Assembly (NCBI RefSeq): GCF_001194135.2 | Contig: NC_068986.1 | Span: forward strand, 4,669,108-4,723,764 | Reading direction: 5' to 3' | Origin: Octopus bimaculoides | Taxonomy: Eukaryota | DNA: 54,657 bases | Part shown: positions 33,754-45,630 of the stretch, piece by piece | Numbering within the stretch: position 1 is the first letter of the stretch | How the letters are laid out: each line of letters starts with the position of its first letter | The notes under the pieces: model-generated | What the model was told of the DNA's origin: nothing | Database searches by the model: none | Seen by the model: only the letters and a program-made list of their open reading frames with translations | Position numbers and translations under genes: made by a program

Positions 33754-35546
33754 TCTTGTATTAACAAAGTAAATCAAAATTCCACCATTACTAAAGCAGT
33801 TTATAATTCAGTAACCAAGGAGATATTTGTTAGATGTTCCAGCATCATTGTATCTCATCAAGAAATCTGCTGCCATGTAAACCAGGGCAATTTTAGTTTG
33901 AATTTAATCTGTGACAGAAAGAATTACATTTTAAATATTTGCTGACAGTATGTTTATGTGCAAAAAAACTGAAATGGTACAAATACACCCCCACCCCAAC
34001 AAACAAACAAAAAAAAATTAATCATGTACTTACTAAAAGAAGATTATTTTGAAAGAACTTAACCTTCTCTCTCTATTAGTTTGCAACATCCACAAAAACA
34101 TATTTAGATTTATTTTTTCACATACATCATCAAAATATTTTCATTTCCACGAAAATATTATTTCCATCTTTATTTCTCATAATTATTCATTTTTGTTGGA
34201 TTTCTTTTCAACTCTCATTCCAAAACACATCAGACTGACAATGTTAAGATATGAACATCAATTATGAAGAGATTAAAACAGAGACAAGAATGAAAACTGG
34301 ATTTTGTTTTATGTATATTTTTACTTGGCAATTCCAAGAAAGTTATCATGAAAAAAATTTAGTCAAAATAAAAGATGTCATTTTTCATTTTTTTTTTTCC
34401 TTTTTTTCTGTTGAAGTGGGATTATCTTCATCGTATAATACATGTCTTTCATTGACCACAGAAGTCGAAAAAATGACACCACAAATCATAAAGTCAAAAA
34501 AATTGACACTGCAGATCATAATGTTGAGAAAGAGCCATCAGAGATCACGATGTCAAAGATAGAAATCCCTGCCACCAAAAACATTCATTTCATCAATAAA
34601 AAGATTTTTGCAACAGATTGTTCTCTTTTAATTGTATTCTTTGATATCTTTTAATGAATTAACAACTGTAATTAATAATTTAATCTCTGCGATATAGTTA
34701 AATGTAACGTATAAATGTTAACTTATAGTAGCATGCCAGTTCTGGATTACAAGCTCTAAGGACAAGTATTTGAAGCTCAACCAGATAGTAGTATTTCCTT
34801 TTGGCCTTGTTACTAATCTTACTTCTCAGTATCACATTATCACAATATACATTTCATGGTCAAATAATTTACAGAAGACAGTTTTACTATAAAACAGTAA
34901 CTTTAACAATTCCTTGTAAATATTTGAATTTTCAGTTTTATCTCAAAAAGAAGTACATAAAAATATCAGAAACAGATATACAATATTACTGTATAGTTTT
35001 TGTTTTAATTCAAAAATCTTACTATATCTCAAGTGTTTTGTTTAAATCAAAGGTTCTTATATTATCTTTTCATGTTTTCAGAGATTTGCTGATCCACTGA
35101 GTGGAATTAGCTAAATACAGTGAATTTACAGACCAGATATAAACTGTTAAGAGTTATGTTATGTTATGTTTCCATTGTCAATCTGACAGACTGAAGTAGT
35201 CCTACATATTTCATTTGTTTAACAACTGCTTTCCTAGTTAATGAGTTAGACAGTGAATTATTTGAAGCAGGATTTAATAGTCAGATGCTCTTCCTGTTGC
35301 CAACCCTTGTTTTTAAGAAAGGTTGTTTTTTTGTTTTTTTTACTCCAGAAGCACAGAACAACCAGTCATAATGTCAAAACCATCCCTGTTTCACTCAACC
35401 AGGGATGAGTCTGGAATGTCAACATTCTATGAAAGGAAATAGTGTGAAGATGGTGAAGAGGGGACATCACTGTTTGAATGTTTACTGAAGTTTGAGACTG
35501 AATATCTACTGCAGCAATTTTTGAAACATTTGATTTCTGATATATG

Positions 35547-36069
35547 TGATGGATTCTCTCGTTGTGAACAACAAATGAGGGTTCAGCAAAATAAAGCAGT
35601 AATCATGTTCTATGGACACGAATGTGACTCTTGAAGCCTGCTGGTGCCTTGCAAAGCCTTTGGCAAATGGAACAAGTTGAGAACTCAGGTTTCTCGAGTG
35701 CTTGGTGGTCATTTGTTATGTGGTTTCTTGAGTAGACAGCAAGGCCTGCTTTGCTTCATGCCACAAAACCACAATGACAGGTAAAGTTTCCATTTAGAGG
35801 CGTAGTGTTATGCCAGTGTGCTTTCATTAAATTGATCCTAGTGTTGGAGTCGACTTTTATCAAATCTTTGAACTGAGGAGAAGCAGGACTGGTGCTGCGT
35901 CCTGTGTTCTAATACTTTGTTTTCCCTGGAAGAAAAAGGAATCTTGCATCACTTCAGTTTGTCTTTGAAGCACAAGAGTGGCCTTCCACCCGACCTTCCT
36001 GATAGGAATTGGCCAAAGAGAAGTTGCTTTGGAATTCTGATGTCGTTCATATGTGAGAGATGACTTGAC
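35547..36069 (-). mobile_element. RTE (BovB-like) LINE 3' fragment with two zinc-finger motifs
   Basis: HMNDIRIPKQLLFGQFLSGRSGGRPLLCFKDKLK* ... VQRFDKSRLQH (frameshift) FTCHCGFVA*SKAGLAVYSRNH...STCSICQRLCKAPAGFKSHIRVHRT* (stop 35603-05). Short 3' UTR ending ..ACAACGAGAGAATCCATC. Confidence 0.8.
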
Positions 36070-36070
36070 C

Positions 36071-36278
36071 ATCATCATCGTTTAACAGGTTTTCCATGCT
36101 GGCATGGGTTGGACGGTTTGACTGAGGTCTGGAAAGCCAGCAGCTGCACCAGGCTCCAATCCGATCAGGCAATATTTCTACAGCTGGATGCCCTTCTTAG
36201 CGCCAACCACTCCAAGAGTGTAGTGGGTGCCTTTTACATGTCACCGGCACAGGAGCCAGTCAGGCGGGCCTGGCATTG
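36071..36278 (-). mobile_element. Family C
   Basis: rc copy whose tail abuts the RTE fragment 35547-36069. Confidence 0.82.
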
Positions 36279-36279
36279 A

Positions 36280-36329
<50 letters not shown>

Positions 36330-36334
36330 CAAAG

Positions 36335-36511
36335 AGGCTTTTATGTATCATGAAAGGCCTGGTGGGAGGCCCAACCTTTTGAGTTCTTTTACAGGGATTA
36401 GATAAACTGACAGGCCACTACAATAAGTGTGTGAACCTGAGAGGGGAATATGTTCAATACAATCATAATTTACTAAGCCTCCTGTATTTTCTTTTACCCA
36501 TAGCCAAGAAC
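36335..36511 (+). mobile_element. Mariner-derived MITE (copy 3, ends eroded)
   Basis: Colinear with 41340-41515 (gaaaggcctggtgggaggcccaacc...caataagtgtgtgaacctgagagggg). Encodes GLDKLTGHYNKCVNLRGEYVQ. Confidence 0.78.
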
Positions 36512-37272
36512 CAACAAGTTTATATATATATATATATATATATAAACTTGTTGCCAGTTCAGATATACTTGAGGCATGTTAAAACCTGTAAGAAAGCCAT
36601 TCACTGCATTCTTTTTATAGAGAAAATTTCTTGCTGTAGACAACTAGGTGTAAACACATCGAGTGAATTCAAAATGACCCCTATCCATTTAGTGTTGGCT
36701 GTCAGAAAGAAAAGAGTACTCAATACCAATAATAGAGATTAAGGATATATTTTGTTTCGGCTGAATTGAGTTTCACAGGGTCTTCAGATAAGTCATAACT
36801 GAAGACTCACAGGCAGAACTCCAAATATGTATATTGACCAGATAAGAGAAGTGAAGTGAGACAATAGATGTTCAATTTGTTGACAGCCATTTCATAATCT
36901 GTATTAGTTGCATATGCAACACTATATCATCTATCACATATATGTATAAATACACACACACACACTTATAAATATAATTGTGTTGCAACATAACAAACAG
37001 ACTACATCAAAACATTTCATGGCAAATCATAACACCAGAATCTGCTATAAATATCAAATAGTTTCATTAATTCAGCAGAATACTAGAATATTTGGTGAAC
37101 ACTAAGAGAGTGAGGACAAACAGATAAAAAAAAATTCAGAAAAAGAATACATTTATTCAAATATTAAAAGATAAATAAAAATAAGTTTATAATAAGGATT
37201 TGGCTGATCATCCTATAATATCTAAAGAAATAAACCATAGTATTAAAAAAAAACAGTAAATAAGATATGTAA

Positions 37273-37422
37273 ATGTATGGTAAGAAGCTTGGTTCCCAAC
37301 CCTATGGTTCCAGGTTCACTCCCACTGTGTGGCACTTTGAGCAAGTGTCTTCCAGTATAGCTTCAGGTTGACTAAAGCCTTGTGGGTGGATTTGGTAGGT
37401 GAAAACCCAAAGAAGCCTGTCA
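37273..37422 (+). mobile_element. SINE family A, 5' half
   Basis: ggtaagaagcttggttcccaacc..gcactttgagcaagtgtcttc..aagaagcctgtc, then (TA)n. Confidence 0.75.
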
Positions 37423-37436
37423 TATATATATATATA

Positions 37437-37834
37437 CTAGCTTAAAAGCTGCACTCTATGCAGACTTTTAAGCTAGCTTTTGCAGAGAGCTAATTGGACC
37501 TGCGGCCCAAAAATTAAAGAGAGTAATAATAATAAAGTATTTATTGGTACCCTACCAATATGGTTTTACTTTAAATTCAGTTTAAATGTAAAACTTGTAA
37601 GTTCACAAATTTTTGAAGTTCTTTTGAAATTTTAATTTTCAACTGTTAGCTTATAACAAATCCTCATCCAGACCTGATTCCAATGCTGGATGTTCAGGAA
37701 CCAAATGCAAATGAAGGGCAAATTTTCAATGCCAGAATCATCTTGATTCCAAAAGGGTATAATATGTCTCTGTAGAGCAAATGTAGACTGAGGTACAAGG
37801 ATCACGGACAGAATTTTGTATTTATTATTATAGA
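37437..37834 (-). mobile_element. Non-autonomous Helitron (398 bp)
   Basis: On the minus strand: A|TCTATAATAATAAA start, CTGCA-TAGAG-TGCAG hairpin 8 nt before the terminal CTAG|T, A|T insertion site, no TSD. These are the canonical Helitron termini. Confidence 0.8.
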
Positions 37835-37840
37835 TAATAT

Positions 37841-38225
37841 AGGCACAGGAGTGGCTGTGTGGTGGGTGGCTTGCTTGCCAACCACATGGTTCCGGGTTTG
37901 GTCCCGCTGCATGGCACCTTGGGTAGGTGTCTTCTACTACGGCCTCGGGCCGACCAAGGCCTTGTGAGTGGATTTGGTAGATGGAAGCTGAAAGAAGCCC
38001 GTCATCTATATGTATATGTATATATATGTGTTTGTCCCCACCAACATTGCTTGACAACCAATGCTGGTGTGTTTACATCCCCATAACTTAGCAGTTCAGC
38101 AAAAGCAACTGATAGAATAAGTACTAAGCTTACAAAGAATAAGTCCTGGGGTCAATTTCCTCGACTAAAGGCAGTGCTCCAGTATGGCCACAGTCAAATG
38201 ACTGAAACAAGTGGAAAAAAAAGAA
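37841..38225 (+). mobile_element. SINE family A, full length
   Basis: Colinear with 51487-51904. Confidence 0.88.
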
Positions 38226-38234
38226 GATATATGT

Positions 38235-38458
38235 ACATATGTGCGTTTGTGTGTCTGAGTTTGTCCTCCACCACCACTTGACAACCGGTGTTAGTGTTTT
38301 TACATTCCCATAACTTAGCACTTCGGCAAAAGAGATCAACAGAGTAAGTACCAGGCTTTAAAAAAAGTACTGGGTTCGATTCCTTCATCTAAAAATTCTT
38401 CTAGGTGGTGCCCCAGCATTGTCATAGTCTAATGACTGAAACAAAAGATAAAAGATTA
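38235..38458 (+). mobile_element. SINE family A, 3' half
   Basis: Second copy of cttgacaacc..cataacttagc..atgactgaaacaa-AAGATAAAAGAT. Confidence 0.75.
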
Positions 38459-39310
38459 AAAAAAAAGAAATAAAATAAAAAGTATGGAGAAAAACTAATA
38501 GGAATTAGAGACCCTGATAGAAGGCCTGGTTTGTTAAAGACAATATGTTCGTTCTTCGGTGCATAGCACAGTGGCCTAAACTATTGAAATTCCATGCACT
38601 GTTGATTTAGAAGGATGGAAGTGCCATTCTAGGACCATTGATTATGGCACACACACACACACTAATTGCACATACAAAATGTTTATAACAAACTAGTAAT
38701 TTCATAAGTGGTAGAAGTTTATCATTTTGTTTAAGTAACCAAACCAGTCTATATTATTATTTGTGTACACAAACACACATGCATATATAAAAGCTATTTA
38801 TACTCATTAATACATCAATTCATACTCTATCAAGTTATCTCATTATCGATCCTAAGAATTAGACAATACGAAAGTGAAGATTATATATCATGTAAATGGA
38901 AACGACAAGCTGAAAGGGAGGGATCAGATATAATTCAATAAAGTATGGGAAATATAAATCTACGAAAAATTAAAGGAGCTACATTCTAGAGTTGACTGGT
39001 AATGTTATTAGTGTGCTAAAGTTCAAGCTAATAGTTTAATTCTTAGTATAATATAGGGAGGATAAATGGTACATTTGCAGACATCATATAAGTAATTAAT
39101 GAGAAAGATTTACAGCTAATTAGTTCATAAATGAAAGACATACACTAATTATATGTATCATTACTATCACTGAATTGCTAATCAAAGTCACCCCACTCCA
39201 GGCAAGGACATGATAAACAAAGCAAGGTAGAAATACAGAAAAATAGAAGGTATACTAATTAGAGGGGACAGACCTACAGAGGTTAAATAGTAATATTAAT
39301 AGTGCATTTT

Positions 39311-39523
39311 AAGGTGGTGAGCTGGCAGAATCATTAATGACCTGGGCAAAAATGCTTAGCAGTATTTTGTCCATCTTCACGTTCTAAGTTCAAATTCCAC
39401 TGAGGTCAACTTTGCCTTTCATCCTTTTGGGGTTGATAAAATAAGTACCAGTTGAACACTGGAGTTAAGGTAATCAATTTATCCCCTCCTCTGAAATCGC
39501 TGGCCTTGTGCCAAAACTTGAAA
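39311..39523 (+). mobile_element. SINE family B
   Basis: Full-length; TSD-like TAGTG(C/T)ATTTT on both sides. Confidence 0.85.
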
Positions 39524-40226
39524 TATCTTAGTGTATTTTGGTTAAAAGTAATAGGTTATTTTTTAGTATTGTCTGGAAGGACATATGGAACATGTGTAGA
39601 CATCATATTATTATATCATCTCATTGGTTAATGAGATTTGATTTACTCTTAATTGTTTTATTTTACATTTCAGATATACACAAATTGGATATATATCGTT
39701 GCTAACTTTATACAGTTGTGCTTTGCATATAATAGACCAATTCATACTCAATTTCTTTATCAGCAAGCATCCATAGAAAATTGAGTAAAGATATAAAATT
39801 AGCTTTACTCCCATCCCTAAAGCAGCAAGTGTAACTATAATATCTGTTTCTTATTATTTGAGGTAGCCCCAATATATACATAGACATTCCTAAGTGCATG
39901 TTCAGAACATTTAACATTCTTACTAAGAGAGTATCCATGAAGCGGGCACAAGGATCTATTTCTACAATTACAAAGTTCATTTACTCCGGTGGATGTTAAG
40001 ATTGCTGTTTACTGTCATACTGAGATGTGTGTTGCTGTCCTCATTATTAGATTGTTAATTCTAAGTTTTATGTAAGCAGAGAATTGCTTGGATAATCATG
40101 TTTTGCCAATTAAACATACAAGTATAACAACGTTTCAGCACATGATTTTACATCAAGAATCTTGCAAAAATGTATTCATATATGTTTGTATTAATGTATA
40201 TACATTCTCAGAATAAATGGCAGAGA

Positions 40227-40620
40227 GATGCTTGTGTTAGAACTCCAATGCTGCATAATAGTGAAACATGGTCCCTGAATGCAAGGGACTTGCAAAACAA
40301 GAAAGAAATGAAGCTAGTATGTGCTTTTGGATGTCCAGTATCAGTGTGCATGAACAACAAATATGATTGTGTTGAGAGAAAAAATTGGACATAAGAGGAA
40401 TCGTGTGTAGTTTGCAAGAGAGAAAAGTGCACTCATGGTCATGTGGAGTATGTAGACATGAGCAGCTATATATATAGTGCTGATCTCTAAATAAGGATGG
40501 ATGACCTAGTAAGATGTGGGATGAAATAGTGAAGATGTGTCTGAGTGTTGAGTTTCATGTAAGGAATGACAAAGGACTGAGATGATTGGTGATTTGCTTT
40601 GCTTAAGAAGACCCATCATC
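40227..40620 (+). mobile_element. RTE-clade LINE 3' fragment (decayed)
   Basis: DACVRTPMLHNSETWSLNARDLQ, RNEASM, LREKLDIRGI, HGHV across frameshifts. These match the L.Y/HGSETW ... W.GHV region that follows the RT core of RTE elements. Confidence 0.75.
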
Positions 40621-41314
40621 ACAACAAAACTGAGGTCATAAGGCATTATTGTTGAAAAGCTATGTTTTGAGCAATATTAAACATTGTGGAGTAGGCCAGC
40701 TTCACAGAGTGTCTGTTAGATGTCTCCTAGTGTGAGCTAGATGCAGGGAAATGTTTGTCCAAAGCTTTGAAAAGTTCTACAGCTATATTGGTTGCTAAAT
40801 TTAATTCAAATGGAGCATTTTCAGAATGACAGTGAGGTTATATCCCAGATTGAACAACAGTTTCTCTTGATAGCCACACAGCAGGTGGAGAGCTTACAGT
40901 GAGCTCTGAGTCTTTGACTCTCAACCTCTATTCTTGTTTTACATGTGTGTGAGAGAGAAATTAACTTTGATAATATTTTCTATAATAATACTGGTTCTTT
41001 TAAAAGACTGATGTTTACTAGGTTGTGTGCATGTGCGTATGTATCTATATTTACATATGTATATGTGTATATATGTGTGTGTATGTATATATCTTGGGTA
41101 GTAGATTTAATCTGTCACCCAATTTAACTACTCCCTGGCAGCTTGGGTACTTGCTGCAGAATCCACTATCAGAAGCGTTCAAACCAGGTTTCCGGTTTAT
41201 TGCAGACCATGTAAAGGATTATAGGCATTACTTCCCTTCTGGCCCAATTGGATTTCACTGAGAGCACCCAAGGCAACAAGTAGTGGTGTTAAACTGGGTA
41301 ATGGATTAAGTCTA

Positions 41315-41531
41315 TGAGGGAGTGCTGAAAAGTTCCTGGCTTTAAGGGTATTGTGAAAGGCCTAGCTGGAGGCCCAACCTTCCAACTTCTTTTACAGAGC
41401 TTAGAAAAACTGAAGAACCACTGCAATAAGTGTGTGAATCTGAGAGGGGGATATGTTGAATAAAAGCATAATTAACTGATTCTGCTGTATTTTGTTTTAC
41501 CCAAAGCCAGGAACTTTCTGCTCCCCACTTG
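41315..41531 (+). mobile_element. Mariner-derived MITE (copy 1, most complete)
   Basis: TA|TGAGGGAGTGCTGAAAAGTTCCTGGCTTT ... AAAGCCAGGAACTTTCTGCTCCCCACTTG|TA. Interior encodes a mariner C-terminus LEKLKNHCNKCVNLRGGYVE*. Confidence 0.85.
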
Positions 41532-41609
41532 TACTACTTAGATAAGCCATCACAGGATTTGAACTCAGAATGTCAATAGCCACAAGGTTCAACATTCTTA
41601 GAGTTCCAT

Positions 41610-41725
41610 TAATCCACTGTTTATTGACCCTAACAGAATGAAAGGCAAAGTTGATCTTGGCAGGATTTGAACTTGAAACATAAAGTCAGAATACTGTGAT
41701 ACATTCTGCTTAATGCTCCAGTGGC
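41610..41725 (-). mobile_element. SINE family B, decayed fragment
   Basis: gaatgaaaggcaaagttgatcttggcaggatttgaac is the rc of the core. Confidence 0.55.
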
Positions 41726-41927
41726 TATGGCAATTTGATCAGTGTATCTGATGGGATCAGAGATTGTAGCAGATGAATAAAGGCTTGCTTTGAAGATTGG
41801 AAAGAAGTTAAGGTTGCTTGAGAAGTCAGGAACATGAGTGGGTGACAAACACTTGATCTTTGTAGGAGGAAGGTGATAGCCAAGATATCATCACTGTGTA
41901 ATGAAGTCTCTAAGAATGGTGATTATA

Positions 41928-42785
41928 CGAGGTCTGATCAATAAGTATCCAAACTGCTTCCATAGTAACAAAGCTAAAGCACACTTGGCGAAGAATGACC
42001 TTGAATTCTGCTGTGCATGCACACTAAGTTTTAACATTCTACTTCACTGCCACTGTTTACAGCAGTGCTTAGAAGGTAGGTGTGTAGCATGTGATCGTCG
42101 CATTGACCATGACAGAGAAGGTTGTCATGGTGATACCTGCTCAGAGACCTACACAAAGTTGTAGAAAGTGTATGGAGAGGAGTGTACAAGTGGTTCAGAC
42201 ATCTCTAAGATGGCCAAAAAAATGTTGATATTGACGAATGTTCTGGGAGACCTGCAACCAGCAGAACTGAGAAAACATTGCAAATGTGCATGCAGCTGTA
42301 AGGGGAAATCATCGAATCACCTTCCATGAGTTATTAGAGGATGTGCAAACTAGTTACGGTTCAGTCCATTATCACTGAAAATTTGGGTACGAGATGCATG
42401 TCTGCCAAACTTGTGCCAAAACTGCTTTCAGCTGACCAAAATGACCCTCGGATTTCAGTTGCACAAGGTCTCCTTAATCATGTTCAAGAACGATGAAAAC
42501 TTTCTGAAAACTTTGCATAGGCATCTGAGCAAGTATCACCAAGCCTTTGAAAAAATTTGATGCAGATTCTCTGCTCAGTTTTCTTTGTCATGGCCAATGC
42601 AACAATCACACACTACACACCTTCCTTCCAAGCACTGTTGTATACAGTGGAAGTGAGCTAGAACATTAAAACATAGTTCATATGCACAGCAGAGTTCAAG
42701 GTCAATCTGTGCTAAGCGGCTTCATTCTGCGTGCTTTAGCTTCATTACTATGGCAACAGTCCGGATACTTATTGATCATACCACG
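41928..42785. mobile_element. Non-autonomous fold-back mariner element made of two inverted 5' arms
   Basis: The first 55 bp of each end match 47/55 (CGAGGTCTGATCAATAAGTATCC.. vs CGTGGTATGATCAATAAGTATCC..), and similarity continues for about 240-290 bp. TA flanks. Left arm encodes a decayed N-terminus (SGRPATS, AKLVPKLL); right arm (minus) encodes MTKKTEQRICIKFFQRLGDTCS. No DDD domain. Confidence 0.88.
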
Positions 42786-42849
42786 TATAGGCAGGAAAGA
42801 TGAGATATCAATGGTTTTGAGAAATATTTGATTAATGAGGAGGCTCACT

Positions 42850-43025
42850 ATGTAGTTGCGTTTAACCTATTAGAAATAGCAATAAAACCACCCCCACCCC
42901 CATCCCACCAAAAAGAATATTACACTGTCGTAAAAAATGGACACATTGGATAATGTAATGTGGATTTCACAAAGCCTGACCAAGATGGGACAGTCTTGGC
43001 TGGAAAGCTTTTGATCATAGCTCTG
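42850..43025 (+). repeat. Family D
   Basis: aacctattagaaatagc..cattggataatgta..agatgggacagtcttggctggaaagcttttgatcatag. Confidence 0.5.
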
Positions 43026-45086
43026 GAGTGTCAGAGTTGACATGCAGCCGTAGAAGACATACCTCTTGTGGTTGTTTGTTGTGAAGAGTAAATTTCAGCT
43101 TTATAAAGTGTTCCACAGAAATGCAAGGAGGAGATGAAGTAACACTGATGGAAATAAATTAAAAAACACAAACACACACATTTTGGGTATCTCGGCAGAG
43201 TTTGAATAAAGTGGGAGATATATTCAGCAAAGAAAAATGAGAGACACAGAAAGAGAGATGAAGTGTTATAGAAGAAAAGACTGCCATAGATCAAAATAAC
43301 TGCTGTAGTAAAGATTGAACTCTTGACTCTGTGGTCACTGGTCCATGACTTTATCTTCATAATCAATGTGCCTCTCTCTTTCTCTCTCTCCCTCCCTCTC
43401 CCTCTCTAGCGTTAATTACTTCTAATATAGGTAAGAAAATTAACTTTAGAGGTTATGACATTCATTTCAAAATGTATTAACTTAAGTGAAAGGAAATCTT
43501 ATCAAATGAGAACGGTAACCGAATCTTAAGCCCAAAGTTGTTGATAAATGACTTCCATCCTGCAGCTTTCACAAAATTTAATAATGATTTTCAATTTAAG
43601 CACAAGCCCTTAAATTCTCAGAAAATAGAGTGGACAAGTCTAGTCTAAAGATATTAGCAACACATATGAAATGAAATAGCTCAGATTGAGAACCTTCCTC
43701 TACAATACTGACCACCAACCACTTAAGAACAAAAATATAACACTACATTCTTCTTCATTCATAAATCATAAGCAGTTCAAAGACATATTACCTGAAAATA
43801 TGTGGTCTAACAATCGCCAATAGTGCCACATGGTCACAAGTCTGTGTGACCTCTGTACTGACACAATGACTGTTCTCTTGAGACTCATTTCATTAATAGA
43901 AACACCAACTCTCTCTCTCTTGCTTTCTCTCTCTCTCTCTCTTGCTTTCTCTCTCTCTCTCTCTCCTAATATTAACATACTACCTCAGTTTCCTGACCCT
44001 AGTATAGCTTACTTAATTTGTCTGCTCTAGATTTTTACCATTCTACAACTAATCTCCTGCTCAAATTCACCAGTCGTCATCCTCTGCAACATTAACTCTG
44101 CTAATGTCACTCAGTTATTTCAATTTCCCAAACTATGACATTAATGGCACTAACTTCTCAACTTCGATTCTTCAGGCTAATGAATTTGAAAGAACAAGAT
44201 ACCTGAACAAATTCACATTTAGCATTTTCAAAATCTTTACCATCCATTTAATAATCTCAGCCATCTTTTAAGCAACATATTGTAAGCCTCTGTATTTCTG
44301 ACAGATCTATTAAATACTTCGTGTTCATAGGGTAATTCTAAGGAGAATTAAGTAAGAATAGTTTCCTGATGCCTTATCAAAGTGCACAAAAGAATATGAG
44401 TTCATCACTGCAAATTTAGGAATCACTAAATAACATACCTACTGATTACAGAAGAGCACTGTAACATCTTATGTTGAATCTTTGATGGTTAACTGACTAA
44501 GTGCCATAGGTACAATGTCATGTTAGTGACAGTATGTACCAGTTCCTTCTTCTCTGGATCCTCAACTCTTGATAGAGTTGTAGGGCTGTTGTCATAAAAG
44601 ACAGCATGTCTTTGGCATTTTAAACCTGACTGAGCCTATCCATCACCCCCATACCTGATCATTCCAAAATTCTTTTAGATAAAGAGGGAGAGAAGAATCA
44701 ACCCTAATACAGTACTGTACCACGAAATGGTGAAAGATAAAGTTGGTCTATGCGGGATTCGAACTCAGAGTGCAGAGAGCTGTAATGTCAATAGCTGACA
44801 TATTATATAGCAGACCAGCATCCTAATAAGCCAGCTGACAAAGACACCTTTTATTTTATAATCTGATTATTTATAAATCAACTATGACACAAACAGTAAG
44901 TCATAAACAATGTCCTCAAATATATCAGTGTTCTGACATTCTAGAATAAAAGAAAACTCTGAAATAAGTGAATAAAAAACTTATACAAAGCTCATTCTAA
45001 AATGTATTTGTTGTTCATACAGATATGCTTATTATTTGTCGAAAACAATCATTGTTGTTATTGTAATTACTATCACTATCATTATT

Positions 45087-45288
45087 AAGGTGGCAGAAAT
45101 ATTAGCACACTGGGCAAAATGCTAAGCAGGTTTTTATCAGTCTTTATGTTCTGAGTTCAAATTCCTCTGAGGTTGACTTTGCCTTTCATCCTTCCAGGGT
45201 CCAAAGAATAAGTACCACTTGCACACTGGGGTTGATGTAATCAACTATCCTCCTTCTCCAAAATTGTTGGCCTTGTCCCAAAATTTGG

Positions 45289-45290
<2 letters not shown>
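45087..45290 (+). mobile_element. SINE family B
   Basis: Colinear with 31490-31703. Confidence 0.82.
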
Positions 45291-45319
<29 letters not shown>

Positions 45320-45329
45320 NNNNNNNNNN
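45320..45329. other. Assembly gap (N)
   Basis: 10 N between poly-T and (AAT)n. Confidence 0.99.

Positions 45330-45409
<80 letters not shown>
45330..45409. repeat. (AAT)n microsatellite
   Basis: Perfect AAT array next to a 10-N gap. Confidence 0.95.
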
Positions 45410-45630
45410 GGTGGTAAGCTGGCAGAGCCATTAACATGCCAGGCAAAATACTTAGCAGCATTTCAACTATCTTTACGTCCTGAGTTCAAATTCCACCAAG
45501 GTTGATTTTGCTTTCATTCTTTTTGGGAGGAGGGTCGATAAATTAAGTACCAATGTTTCACTGGGGTCAATATAATTGACTAGTCCCTTCCCCACAAATT
45601 TCAGGCCTTGTTCCTTTAGTAGAAAGAATT
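45409..45630 (+). mobile_element. SINE family B
   Basis: Full-length; follows the (AAT)n array. Confidence 0.82.

Noticed and set aside
34251-34654. Hydrophilic ORFs after a poly-T tract downstream of the TPST stop, as a possible alternative last exon
   Set aside because: The acceptor is AAG, the most protein-like frame is closed just after it, and the matching upstream donor is weak. More simply A-rich 3' UTR (AATAAA at 34595-34600).
36750-36810. CUGAAGA followed by two GAAAC on the minus strand
   Set aside because: No stem II or stem I complementarity; the CUGAAGA is simply one arm of a small local inverted repeat.
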